From Candidatus Kerfeldbacteria bacterium (lineage in GTDB: Bacteria; Patescibacteriota; Patescibacteriia; SBBC01; CAIJZX01), in contig JACPSJ010000001.1 of the NCBI GenBank assembly GCA_016193315.1, positions 155,981 through 219,980 on the forward strand: a DNA stretch of 64,000 bases, written 5' to 3'. The translations under genes were made by a program, and so were the position numbers. Of this stretch, positions 39,144-49,416 are shown piece by piece; position 1 is the first letter of the stretch, and every line of letters begins with the position of its first letter. The notes beneath the pieces were generated by a model. It was not told the DNA's origin. It searched no databases and worked only from the letters and a program-made list of their open reading frames with translations.

Positions 39144-39184
39144 ATCGCCCAACCGAAGAGTTGGTTGGAAACTGCGGCCGCGCG

Positions 39185-39970
39185 TTACCCTGAAGCCAGC
39201 GCGCGGTCGAGTTCGGTCTTGACTTGGCTATACGGCAGGGCGCCGGGGAAAACCGTAATGGTCTTACCATCCCGGCCGACGACAAACGTGGTCGGTGTGC
39301 CGCCCGCCCCGGCATTAGTACCGTCCGCGGTTTCGGCCTGGACGCGGGCCGCCATCTGGCCGCTGTCAAGGCAGTCTTTGAACTTGGATTCGTTCACCCC
39401 GACTTCTTTGGCCAGGGCCGGCAGCTGTTCGAGCGAGAACCCGGTGCCGTTCGAAGCGGTCCGTTCGAAGATCTTGTCGGTGAAATCCCAGAACGCGTTG
39501 CTGTCGCCGAGGCTGCCGACGCACAAGCCGGCCTCGGCTTCCTTGGCCGCGTTGGCATGAAAACTGAGTGGGAAGTGACGATAGACCCAGGCGACCTGGT
39601 CCTTGTAATCAGTCATCACCTGCTGCATGGTCGGATGGAAGCTCTTGCAGAACGGACACTCGTAGTCCGAATACTCGATTAAGGTCAGCTTGGCGTTCGG
39701 CGACCCGCGGACGTAATCATCATCGCCGACGACCTTGACGTTGCCGTAGCTCGGCTGGCTGGTGGTTGAACTATTCGTCGGGGTGGTCGTGGCGGCACTC
39801 TTCTTCGTTGCTCCCGAAGCCCGCGGCAAGAGAATGAAGATACTAACCAAGGTCGCTGCCGCGACGCCGGCGATGACGCCGAAAATAAAGGCCAGCTGCG
39901 GCGAAGTGCCTTGCCAGATGCTGCCGACTAGTTTGGGAGTTGGTGTTGGGTGTGGCGCTGGGTGTTCCAT
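39185..39970 (-). CDS. DsbA family protein
   Basis: EYSDYECPFC, YRHFPL, GTPT. Confidence 0.92.
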   Translation of the reverse strand: MEHPAPHPTPTPKLVGSIWQGTSPQLAFIFGVIAGVAAATLVSIFILLPRASGATKKSAATTTPTNSSTTSQPSYGNVKVVGDDDYVRGSPNAKLTLIEYSDYECPFCKSFHPTMQQVMTDYKDQVAWVYRHFPLSFHANAAKEAEAGLCVGSLGDSNAFWDFTDKIFERTASNGTGFSLEQLPALAKEVGVNESKFKDCLDSGQMAARVQAETADGTNAGAGGTPTTFVVGRDGKTITVFPGALPYSQVKTELDRALASG

Positions 39971-40044
39971 GGGGAAAACGGGGCTAGGCTACTACAATGT
40001 GTAGTATACAGAGTCGCACCAGGGCGCGCAAGGGGAGAAAAGAA

Positions 40045-40308
40045 TCATATTTCCGGAGCCGGGTAGAGGCGTTTGCCGGATTGATCGTAAAGGTAGATCG
40101 CTAAGGTCGGGCAGACCTTAGCGGCGTTGAGGAATTCCTCATCGCTGGCGCGGTGATTGGGTTTGAGAATGGCCTTGTTCTCTTTATCGAGCGCAAAGGC
40201 GGCCGGCAGAACGTTGACGCACGACGCCGCGCCAATGCAGAACTCGCGGTCGATTTCGACGCGAGCGATGCGATTCGTGGTTGGGCCCTGACTTTCATCC
40301 ATGACCAT
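40045..40308 (-). CDS. ferredoxin
   Basis: CIGAASC...CPTLAI. Confidence 0.88.
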   Translation of the reverse strand: MVMDESQGPTTNRIARVEIDREFCIGAASCVNVLPAAFALDKENKAILKPNHRASDEEFLNAAKVCPTLAIYLYDQSGKRLYPAPEI

Positions 40309-40752
40309 GGCAGCCTACCATGGCTTTACGCATCCAGGCAAAGCCTCCGGCGTTGGCCATAAAACGCAGACATGGTACAAGAAGGCCGTTGTTCCGTCCC
40401 GATCTTTCCACCATCGCCCGCCCGGTACGCCGGACCCCTAACGCTCGACGTTTTTGGAGTCAGCTTGGGCGATGGCCCGGTCAAGGGCCTGACACACGAA
40501 GCAGGTCCCGGTTGGGTCATCGACTTTGAGAGCTCCCCGCCGCGTTACACCTCGAACATGGAGTTCCTGGTCGATGCTCGTGTCTTAGCGACACCTGCCT
40601 AACCGGCGGGTGTTTTTCTTTCGGCCCCCTCACCGCTACCTAGTCGAGAACGCTAGGCGGCCGTTGACAGCTGCACGCGAACTTGGTTCTATGAATCCAT
40701 CCTACAGCTACTCGTCCTTTTTTGTCCCGCCCAAACCTGATGGAGGCGTACC

Positions 40753-41244
40753 ATGCGACTGACCATCCCCACCGATGTCCGCGATCAATTTCGCCCCCTG
40801 CTCTGGCCCGGATTAGGAGCACTCGTTCTCGTGACCATCGTGATCCTCGCCACGCAACTTGGTTTGGTCAAGCCGGGTCCTCAGCCGACGGACTACTCAG
40901 TTCCGGTGACAGTCACGGACCAGGCCGGTACGCGCGTCGAGAGTCGGGGACTGCCTCTGCCGGCGGTAGACGACAGCCTCGTTCGTGAGGTGAGCGAGGT
41001 TCGCGGTATCATCCGGCTGTTTCCGAAAGGCGGCAATGAATACCAGGCCCTCATTCGGTCCGAACGGGATCGTTTCCGCTTCTACCAGATTTACAGCAAT
41101 GCGAGAGAGGTGGCTGTAGTAATCGATCAGCCGCCGGAAGCCGATGGTTGGTACCACGAGGTATGGTACCAGTACGATCAGGTCGAGGCCATCTTCCATT
41201 TACCGACGACGGCCATGATTGGCGGATCGATGCGGAATGAGTAA
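40753..41244 (+). CDS. hypothetical membrane-anchored protein
   Basis: GGAGG RBS, one TM. Confidence 0.6.
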   Translation: MRLTIPTDVRDQFRPLLWPGLGALVLVTIVILATQLGLVKPGPQPTDYSVPVTVTDQAGTRVESRGLPLPAVDDSLVREVSEVRGIIRLFPKGGNEYQALIRSERDRFRFYQIYSNAREVAVVIDQPPEADGWYHEVWYQYDQVEAIFHLPTTAMIGGSMRNE

Positions 41245-41311
41245 GTGCCTGGACTAGCTCTCGCTAACCAAGACCCACCCACCGACAGGACGGTGGGATT
41301 TTTTCGATCGG

Positions 41312-41563
41312 CTACTCCTGTTCCAGAATTTTCTTGTCGTGCCCGGTATCGAGCAACGCCATCGCCTCCGACCAGCGATGTCGCAGCTTGTCTTCCAGCT
41401 CCTCAATGTTGGCGTCGTCGTCGAGTTCGCCCGCTTCCCGTTTTTCCTCCAACACCTCTTCAACCAAATCAAAGTACGCCTGTTGCTCAAAGGCGCCTTC
41501 TTCCTGCATGCGGTTGATTATTTCGTGGAAAACTTCGTTCAGGTCGAAGGTCAGGTTTTGCAC
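41312..41563 (-). CDS. small acidic hypothetical protein
   Basis: Coding-like composition. Confidence 0.6.
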   Translation of the reverse strand: MQNLTFDLNEVFHEIINRMQEEGAFEQQAYFDLVEEVLEEKREAGELDDDANIEELEDKLRHRWSEAMALLDTGHDKKILEQE

Positions 41564-41968
41564 GCCGGGATCATAGCACGGATCGATCTAGAGAGTGAAG
41601 TTATCAAATTTCCGCGAGTAACTAGAACTCATTCCAAATCCTGCTTTCAGGGCGAAATGGCAGATTTCGCGGGCGCGGCGCCGCGGCGGAGGGTGAAATG
41701 TATTTGGAGATACACTGAACCCGAGCCGCCAGCCGGAGCCCGAAATCTGGCCTGGCAGCCGAAATGAGGTTTTGCAATGAGTTCTAGTCAAAAGTAGTGT
41801 ATATTCTTTTTCTGCTTGTCGATCGTCAAAGACCTGCGTACATGGTTGCTCACGTTACGAGACTTCCGCCTCCCCGCGCTCACGCGCCGAGACAAGCGTC
41901 GGCGTGGAGCGCGAGTTGCCTAGCGGGGCGGTAGCATGCGGGGGATGCTTCTCCCGTTCAGCGGGGGA

Positions 41969-42211
41969 CTACTGTTTCTCGTCGTCCATCCTCGGCGGCA
42001 GCGCCTCAAGGAGACGCTTGGCGAAGGCCAGAAGCTCAATCGCTCTGGCCCAGGCCTGGCGATTCGTGAGCACCACGCCGAACTCCTTGGCGATGATCTG
42101 TCGCAAGCGATCGACCTCCTGTTGGGTAAGGCCCAAAGCGCCAGTTTCAGGACCGATCGCGTCCCGGATGCTTTCTGGCATGTCGTTCAGACTGTCCCTT
42201 CGCTGAGACAT
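41969..42211 (-). CDS. hypothetical protein
   Basis: 80 aa, helical composition. Confidence 0.45.
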   Translation of the reverse strand: MSQRRDSLNDMPESIRDAIGPETGALGLTQQEVDRLRQIIAKEFGVVLTNRQAWARAIELLAFAKRLLEALPPRMDDEKQ

Positions 42212-42323
42212 AGGCTCATGGGTTGGTGGATAAACCCATCGAGCCCAGCAGAGAGAGTGATAGCTGGAGGAATGCGCGAAAAACCCTCTCGGATGGAGGG
42301 CTGCTCTGTGATGTGGAAGCTAC

Positions 42324-42596
42324 CTAGACGAGTTTCAGGTCTTCGTCGCTAACGACGCGCTTGGACATGAGTACTTCAGCCAGCCGATCGTGGCGGGCTT
42401 TCAAGACGGCAAACTCTTGATGCCAGTCTTCGGTTCGCTTCAGGTAGCGGTCGACCGCGCTGTGAAGGTCAAAGACACTCTCACGAGTGGTTGCGCCCTC
42501 GTCTTGCACCAGCGCCTTCAGCTCGCGGATATCTGCTGTCAGTCCCGCCATATCTTCTTTCGTGGCTTGGTTGGCGTTGCTTGTAGGCGTGTCCAT
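42324..42596 (-). CDS. small coiled-coil hypothetical protein
   Basis: ATKEDMAGL.. heptad pattern. Confidence 0.55.
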   Translation of the reverse strand: MDTPTSNANQATKEDMAGLTADIRELKALVQDEGATTRESVFDLHSAVDRYLKRTEDWHQEFAVLKARHDRLAEVLMSKRVVSDEDLKLV

Positions 42597-43508
42597 AATC
42601 AATAATAGAACTTGTGCTTCGTAGAGTATCATAGCGAGGCAACTCGTCAAGGCCAGATCTGATGAAGTATTTGTACGCACGTCCTCGCTTCTGTGGAGTT
42701 GCGTGGCTCCCTTCCTCGTCACGACATCGTCTCCAGTCAGACTCCCGCTCGGTAGAGCGAAAAGCCTGGGCTCAATCCACACTGTGCACTATACTCAGTG
42801 CGTTAACCCCTCTGCTTGAACAGAAGAAGAACCAAGAAGATTCTCCGGCGTAGCCGGATCCGCCTTGCCCGGCTCCCGCCGTGGCTCCGCCGGAAAGCGC
42901 CGGCCAAACTTGCTCGCCTCGTATCTCACGCCAGGCTCGCTCGGACAGTGGCCGGCGCGGGTTTTGGGTACTTTCAATGTCGTTCTTGCAGCGGAGTTGA
43001 CTGAGTGGATGGAGTTGAGAAGCACGAGAACGAAGAAGCCCCCTTCGTATCCCTGAGCTCGCGTTCTAGAACCGTCCCCGGCGGCCGCGCGAGGCCCGAC
43101 AAAGAAAACACCGCCTCGAAGTCCGCGCAGGGTCTCTGGGACCCAAAGCCCGGGCGGCACCAGAGATCCCTCGCCGGTTACCGCGCGACGGTGCTAGGAT
43201 TGGGCTCGGGAATATGGCCGTATGCCTGAGCCCACGTGTTAGAATCGTGTTCTGTATCGGCGCCGCGCCCGACTAGGAAAATACTGTTTCGAAGCCCGCC
43301 CAGGGCCCCCTCCGCCACAAAGCCAGCGGCGAGCCGTTTCCTCGACCGCCCCGTCTCCGCCATGCGGCGGAGCCACCCCGCCTAAGATAGGCGGGGATGT
43401 TGTGGCCTCGCCACTAGTAGATCTCCTCCCTTTTTTCCCTCAGGAATCCCAAACTCCCTCCCCACCCATCCTCCCCTCAGGCAGGGGAGGCCAACGCCCA
43501 AGGGCATG

Positions 43509-45155
43509 TTAGTATATCTCCTCTCTTTTCTCCCTGAGGAAGCCGAGGAAACCTTCCGTCGCCTCGAGGAACGCCTTGAACGGCGCCTCGATGATGACAT
43601 CGAGGAAGAAAATGAATACATTGATCTTCGGCGCCCGTAAGGCGATCCAGCGACCAACCTGCAGGATCGGCACGGTCAGGAAATCGAATAGTACAGTGAA
43701 GATGTTTTCACGTTGGTCGACGACGAGCAACTCCTTGGCCAATAGGCGAACGCGAATGCCGAAGAAGCTGACGATGGTCAGGAAGAGCAAGAAGATGAAG
43801 GTGCTGACCGGGGTGAAGTGGTAGTAGGTCAACATGGCGATTAGGAAACCGAAGACGACGAAGAACGTCAGACCGTAGACGATCCGGTAGATGGCGGTGA
43901 ACAAGGCGCTGCGGCGAATCGGTTTACGCGGTTTGACCAGGGCGTGCCGCTCATCGCCGCGATAGACGAGATCCTGAACTTTGGCCATCACCGCCTGTTC
44001 GTTCTTCCGACCCGGCGGCCGGATGGTGATGCCGATGAGGAGTAGCAGCAGCGGCGGGAAAACGGTGTTGATGATCAGCGGCGTGTAATCGATGTTCTGA
44101 CCGAAGAACAGGCGGTCGACCGGCACCTCGATCACCAGCGTCAACAGCATCTTGGTCAGGAAGACGTAGATGATCGAACGGATCACGTTACGGGCGATTT
44201 TCCAGGTCACCGTTTTCCGTCGCCCCGCGTAGGCGGTGGCGATAGTTTCCACCAGCTCGTCCGGCTGGCTGAGGAGGGTCGGGCCGGCTGAGTCCTCGGT
44301 TTTGATGATGTCGCCCAGCAGCAGAAAGATGATAGTATATTTTTTCATCAGCCGCTGGAGCAGTTCGCCGGCGGGATGGAGCAGTTGAGATTCGATGTGT
44401 TGTCGAATCTGCGGCAGGGCCCGGCCCAGACGTTGAATCACTTCCGCGCTCGGTTGTTGCCATTCTGGGTGCTGGCGGAGAAAGAGGTGGAAGCGGATGA
44501 TGTTCGAGTCGGACTTCAGCAGGGCCCGGTGGATGGCGACGTAGAGCTGAGTATTTTTCTCGGCCTCGCCCATTTCCCCCTCGGCAAAGGCGATGTCGCG
44601 GTGGGTGACGTGGAACATCAGATGAACCAGCGCTTCATCGTGTGTCGGCGGAGTGAATAGCTCGTTCAGCTGCACGGCCAACAAGCCAAGATACCAATCG
44701 AACAAGCGTTGCTGATCGCGCTCGTTAGGCTGCGTCGGCGCGGCCGACCACAGATGGATGTAGCGGTTGATGATTTCCTCCGCTTGCTGGATGACCGTCG
44801 TCGGCAGGGTATTGTTCGGCAGGTAGCGGCCGCGGATTAGCTCGAGGACCAGCGGGTCGGCTAGCTGTTCAGCGGTCACACCCGAGGTCAGTCGACGCCG
44901 CAAAATTCTCTCGATGGCGTTCTTCCGGAGGAGGTGCTCGTCTTGGTAATCGATGGCTTGGCGCAGCTTTTCATAGGCCCAGGCGACATTGCTGACCGTG
45001 TCGTGTACTTCGATCTTCGGCACGTCTTCGTCTATCTGTGCGCTCGACTGCTTGGCCAGCGTCTCCACCATTCGACTGACCGATGGCGTCAAAGACTTCG
45101 GTGGGGTCGGTTCCGGCGTCCGGCTGGTCGGCAGGATTTTCGGCAGATACGGCAT
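43509..45155 (-). CDS. hypothetical membrane protein
   Basis: 548-aa ORF with C-terminal TMs. Confidence 0.75.
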   Translation of the reverse strand: MPYLPKILPTSRTPEPTPPKSLTPSVSRMVETLAKQSSAQIDEDVPKIEVHDTVSNVAWAYEKLRQAIDYQDEHLLRKNAIERILRRRLTSGVTAEQLADPLVLELIRGRYLPNNTLPTTVIQQAEEIINRYIHLWSAAPTQPNERDQQRLFDWYLGLLAVQLNELFTPPTHDEALVHLMFHVTHRDIAFAEGEMGEAEKNTQLYVAIHRALLKSDSNIIRFHLFLRQHPEWQQPSAEVIQRLGRALPQIRQHIESQLLHPAGELLQRLMKKYTIIFLLLGDIIKTEDSAGPTLLSQPDELVETIATAYAGRRKTVTWKIARNVIRSIIYVFLTKMLLTLVIEVPVDRLFFGQNIDYTPLIINTVFPPLLLLLIGITIRPPGRKNEQAVMAKVQDLVYRGDERHALVKPRKPIRRSALFTAIYRIVYGLTFFVVFGFLIAMLTYYHFTPVSTFIFLLFLTIVSFFGIRVRLLAKELLVVDQRENIFTVLFDFLTVPILQVGRWIALRAPKINVFIFFLDVIIEAPFKAFLEATEGFLGFLREKREEIY

Positions 45156-45209
45156 CCCGTTAGAGTTCTTGGACGGCGCTGTGCATCATCTCACGATCAT
45201 CCTCCGGCG

Positions 45210-45926
45210 CTAGGTGAAGCGAACGATCAAGTCGAAGATGACGGTCAACAAGATTTGGGTGGCCGCCACCGGCACGAAGGAACGAGTTTGCCAAGCCATC
45301 CAGGCCAGGAGCACGGTTAGTGGCGCGGCAAAGTAGCGGATCGAACCAGGGACCGCCAGTTGCCCGGCGGCCAAGATCAGTCCGACCAGCAAAACGGCCG
45401 CCCACGGCTTGAGCAGGTGGGTCAGGCGAAAGAGAAGGAGGCCAGTAAAGAAGGCGGCTTGGGCCAGGATGATGATGGCCACCGCGCCCTGGCCAAGGAA
45501 CCACGACGACCAAGGCAGCTGTGGCGCCACCGCCACATACTGATCTGGTTGCTTAACGGACAGGAACAAGATTAGTGGTAGGCAGGCCATGATGATAACC
45601 GCCGCGCCAAAGAAGGCGGGTTGCCGCGGCCGTTCCGGCGGTTGCCAGCCGAGGTGTTCCAACTTCAACGCCGGCCAGGCGTCACGGAGAACGGTGACTG
45701 GCAAAACGAGCAGGAGCAGAACGCTGCCCAACAGACGAATCAGGACCGGCAGTGGCAAGAGGAGAAAAATCAAGCCAATCACGGCGGTGGTCAGGAGGAA
45801 CGTCACCTCACCGCCGACGTGGTAGGGGCGGTAGCGGTGAGGAGCGATCGCTTGGAGTTGGGCCAGGGGTGCCTTGCTTTTCGTCCGAACCGGTCGACGC
45901 CCGGCGTTCCGTTTCGCAGTAGCCAA
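45210..45926 (-). CDS. multi-pass membrane protein (degenerate CPBP-like)
   Basis: Several TMs; catalytic EE motif absent. Confidence 0.55.
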   Translation of the reverse strand: MATAKRNAGRRPVRTKSKAPLAQLQAIAPHRYRPYHVGGEVTFLLTTAVIGLIFLLLPLPVLIRLLGSVLLLLVLPVTVLRDAWPALKLEHLGWQPPERPRQPAFFGAAVIIMACLPLILFLSVKQPDQYVAVAPQLPWSSWFLGQGAVAIIILAQAAFFTGLLLFRLTHLLKPWAAVLLVGLILAAGQLAVPGSIRYFAAPLTVLLAWMAWQTRSFVPVAATQILLTVIFDLIVRFT

Positions 45927-46011
45927 GGATGGAGAAAATAAAAAATGACTATATGAGTATACTGGGGCAAAGCAAAAAAATCAACCGCCGCAGTCCACGT
46001 GAGCTATGGTT

Positions 46012-46869
46012 TTAGTTTATGCCCGACGATGTATGTTCGAGTGCTCGAATGGCGCGGAACTTTCGCCAACAGTAGAGACCGCCGCCAGCAATGAGCATGA
46101 ATAAGGGTACGTTTAGGAAGTAATCAATCGCACGAATGAAGGGACGAGGAACGAAGCTCAGGGAAAACCAGAGGAGGAGTAAGGTGAATACCGCGGCCAA
46201 GAGTAATTGGAATCGCAGGTGCTGACGGTACCGAGGGTTGGGAATATGTCGGGACGACCATGAGGACAAAAAGACGCCGACAAAACCGGCCGCCGCAGCC
46301 ATCGTGGTAGTCAGCAGAGCAATAAAGAGGGCGCTGAAGACCAGGCCACTGTTTGTATCCGGCACATCGATGTCTTGCCGCCCGGTATAAAGATCATTCA
46401 TCAACCCGAACGTCGCTCCGATAATCATGGTTATGATCCAGGTAGCGGTAAACAACCTGGCCGCTTGGTGGTAACGAGCGATGATTCGCCCCAGCAGGGC
46501 GGCCGAGACCAAAGGGAACAGAAGTTGGACATAGAGATACAATGAAAAACCACGATCGTCCTCCTGAAGGAGGTTCCAGCCCGGCCAATGGTGCCGGAAG
46601 CTGGCGAGTTCCCACCATTTCATGACGGCCACGAACACCACGTAGAGTATGGCCGCGGACGTGACTTTCCATGGCCGGTCAAGCAGGCCGAGGTACAAGC
46701 GATTGTAACCAGTAGCCATGTCCGCCGGACGACCGAGGGCTTGGTCCGGGTCGTCGTCAGGACCAAGTTCAAGTAAATGTGCTTTCAGTTCGGCAATAAG
46801 TTCGGCCCGCTTTGGTTGGCCGACGCGCAGAGCCGCCTCAAAGTTCGAAAGGTACTTGTTATGTGTCAT
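46012..46869 (-). CDS. PadR-associated membrane protein
   Basis: ELIAELKAHL..LGRP N-terminus then TMs; coupled to the PadR gene. Confidence 0.65.
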   Translation of the reverse strand: MTHNKYLSNFEAALRVGQPKRAELIAELKAHLLELGPDDDPDQALGRPADMATGYNRLYLGLLDRPWKVTSAAILYVVFVAVMKWWELASFRHHWPGWNLLQEDDRGFSLYLYVQLLFPLVSAALLGRIIARYHQAARLFTATWIITMIIGATFGLMNDLYTGRQDIDVPDTNSGLVFSALFIALLTTTMAAAAGFVGVFLSSWSSRHIPNPRYRQHLRFQLLLAAVFTLLLLWFSLSFVPRPFIRAIDYFLNVPLFMLIAGGGLYCWRKFRAIRALEHTSSGIN

Positions 46870-47195
46870 GTCGGCTGATGGATCATCCGTGAAACAAGCG
46901 ACGAAAACAGCCGCCAGTCGTGTTTCTTAGCTGCCAACATTCGCTGTCCGCGATGGGTCAGGGCGTAGACTTTACGATCTGCCCCCAGGATCCGTTGCCA
47001 GCGTCCGCGGATGAGTTTGTCTTTCTCCATCCGGTGGAGCAGCGGATAGATCATGCCGACCCCAAAACGGAAACTCTCCGGCATCCGCTGCCGCAAATGC
47101 TCGGACAGGGCGTAGCCATGCATCGGTCGCCTGGCCAGGGCGGCCAGAATGATCAGTTGGGAATGGCCCTTGAGAATTTCGCGGTTTAACCCCAT
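46866..47195 (-). CDS. PadR family regulator
   Basis: PMHGY, IYPLLHRME, RKVYALT..G. Confidence 0.92.
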   Translation of the reverse strand: MGLNREILKGHSQLIILAALARRPMHGYALSEHLRQRMPESFRFGVGMIYPLLHRMEKDKLIRGRWQRILGADRKVYALTHRGQRMLAAKKHDWRLFSSLVSRMIHQPT

Positions 47196-47258
47196 ATATC
47201 GTGTAACGATATTATGAGGCGCACAGAAACTAGCCGTCAAGCCGAGGCGGTGGATAGG

Positions 47259-47735
47259 TTACCCTAGTTTTCTGACTAGCTGCCCGGCCCACTCAAGCAC
47301 GCGCTGGCGATTATTCTTCAGATCGAAGAACCAACTGTCTATCCGGAGTGTCGGAATAATTGTATTTCCACCGACATCATGCACCAGCGTTTCCAGCAAA
47401 TCAGCGGCCTGGCAAAAATCGGTGTAGCCCCGGTCGCCTAGAGCGAAGACAGCGAAATGCTGTCGCGGAAGTTTCCGATCTTTCAGTTCCATGGCTAAAT
47501 CGTGCATGTGCTGCTGCAACTGGCCTTCCAAGCGTTTGCCATCAATGAATAGTTCCCAAGTGCACGAACCAAGAATAACCAAATCACGGCCGTCCAGATC
47601 AGCCGGCTTTGTGTCGCGAGCGTGTTGCATCACAACCTTGTGTTTGTGTTCAGACAGAACATCTTGGACGATCCGCGCGGCTTCGGCTGTGCCGCTGGAA
47701 TTGGTGGCGTAGACAATGAGAACCCTCATCTTCAT
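47259..47735 (-). CDS. flavodoxin
   Basis: YATNSSGT, ILGSCTW, FALGDRGY..FC. Confidence 0.88.
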   Translation of the reverse strand: MKMRVLIVYATNSSGTAEAARIVQDVLSEHKHKVVMQHARDTKPADLDGRDLVILGSCTWELFIDGKRLEGQLQQHMHDLAMELKDRKLPRQHFAVFALGDRGYTDFCQAADLLETLVHDVGGNTIIPTLRIDSWFFDLKNNRQRVLEWAGQLVRKLG

Positions 47736-47787
47736 TCGCTTATTCGTAGCATTCGTAGATGTTGTTCCATTCGTCTATTCGTAGATC

Positions 47788-48507
47788 TCAGTAGGTTGGG
47801 ATCACCGCTGGAATAGTGCCTTGTACATGGAGCCGTCCATTCTCGACCGCCATCCGGGCGATGGTGAGGTGAGGGATGTTTTTTATCAATCCCTCCGCAT
47901 AGGTGACTAGGCCCGCGGCAAAGGGACCGGGCGAGAGCGACAACCGCCCGAGTTCTGTCTTTTCGAGGGTCAATGAGGCCTGACCATCGGTGATCTCGCC
48001 TGTGCCACGCAGGTAGAAGATTGGATTGCCGAGTAAGTATCGGTCGAACACCGACAGAACTCCTAACTGGTCGACTTCATCAACGCCGGCCGCGCGGAGT
48101 AATCCGCGAATTCGTCCGCGATCGATCCGACCGGAGGCCTCGAAAGATCCGTCGTCATGGAATAGGAGTTGGAGATCTTTGACTGGGTGGATGGTCATGA
48201 AATGGGCGGCGTATTCGGCCGGCGTCAAGTTGGCATCAACGGATACCTCATCAGCGGCTTGCCAGATGGTATGCGGATCTTGTCCGCGGGCGAGTGCCAC
48301 TTGGGACTGGCCGAGCTTACTATTGGCGGACTGCAAATCCGCGGCGGTGACGGATACGCCCAGGTCCCGCGGCCGGTCCGAACCGAACAGTTTCGACACG
48401 CCGGGCAAGAAACCGTAGTAACCAAGCACGAGAGCTACCACGAGCACTGGCAGGACGAGAATCTTGATCAGCCGAATGACCAGTTTGCGTAGCCAGCCGA
48501 GGAGCAT
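47788..48507 (-). CDS. hypothetical membrane-anchored protein
   Basis: N-terminal TM; 239 aa. Confidence 0.65.
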   Translation of the reverse strand: MLLGWLRKLVIRLIKILVLPVLVVALVLGYYGFLPGVSKLFGSDRPRDLGVSVTAADLQSANSKLGQSQVALARGQDPHTIWQAADEVSVDANLTPAEYAAHFMTIHPVKDLQLLFHDDGSFEASGRIDRGRIRGLLRAAGVDEVDQLGVLSVFDRYLLGNPIFYLRGTGEITDGQASLTLEKTELGRLSLSPGPFAAGLVTYAEGLIKNIPHLTIARMAVENGRLHVQGTIPAVIPTY

Positions 48508-48755
48508 ACCTTTGTACTCTACTGCACTGAACTGTAAATGGCCAGGCGCGTATCGTTGAATTGACGGAGACGAGTTTTTGCGCTATTTTCTGCGTGCCGT
48601 GGTGACCATGGTGCCCCGTAAAGGTCGACCGGCGTAGCCGGTTTCCCCACGGGGCAAGTAGCGACAGTACCCCGCATAATTCCTCACTTTGAATGGTAAT
48701 CCGCGGGGCAGACAGGGGCTTGACAACCAGAGGCAAGGTATCTCGTGCTCAGGCC

Positions 48756-48830
48756 GGTGGCTATGGTGTAGCGGTAGCACAGGGGCTTGTGGAGCCCTTA
48801 GCACCGGTTCAAATCCGGTTAGCCACCCCA
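48756..48830 (+). tRNA. tRNA-His(GTG)
   Basis: G-1 plus GTGGCTA/TAGCCAC acceptor, anticodon loop TTGTGGA, T loop TTCAAAT, encoded CCA. Confidence 0.93.
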
Positions 48831-49154
48831 AAGGTGGTAACCACCGGCCTGGGTATTGAGCCTCTATCTCGGGGTCGCGATCACTACCGATGGCGACGGG
48901 CGAGGACGGTTGCCGGTGGCAACCGTCCGCAGCCCAGGCCCGAAGGGCGAATCCCGATGGTCACCCCATGCCCTCATAGCGAAATGGGTCTCGGCCGCAT
49001 CGAGCCAGGCGAGATAGCGAGCCAAACTACTTGGCTCGCGGCGGCCGGGACGGGCCGAGCATGTTTCGACCCCGAGCCTGCCGAGGGGGAGGAACGGCGA
49101 GGCCCCGGAACACAGCGACTTCGCCAGATAGGCGGCACGTCTTCCTCTGTCTTT

Positions 49155-49226
49155 GCCCTCGTAGCACAAAGGACAGTGCAAGGGACTTCTAAGCCCGAGA
49201 TGATGGTTCGATTCCATCCGAGGGCA
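49155..49226 (+). tRNA. tRNA-Arg(TCT)
   Basis: GCCCTCG/CGAGGGC acceptor, loop CTTCTAA, T arm GATGG-TTCGATT-CCATC; anticodon stem imperfect. Confidence 0.8.
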
Positions 49227-49234
49227 GAGACATT

Positions 49235-49291
49235 GGCGGACGCATAGGCGTTCTAAGCCTTGAGGTGTAGGTTCGAATCCTACCGGGGGCA
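49235..49291 (+). pseudogene. divergent tRNA-Arg(TCT) 3' fragment
   Basis: AGGC-GTTCTAA-GCCT, GTAGG-TTCGAAT-CCTAC, CGGGGGCA; no 5' acceptor strand. Confidence 0.7.
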
Positions 49292-49416
49292 AATCCATGA
49301 CAGTCATGATCTCCTCAATTTTTTTGGGTTTCTTGCTATTGACGCTAGAGCCGTCTTTTGTCACCATAGCCACAATTTCAGTCGCTCCTTCCATCGACCC
49401 CAAAACCGAGGAGGTG

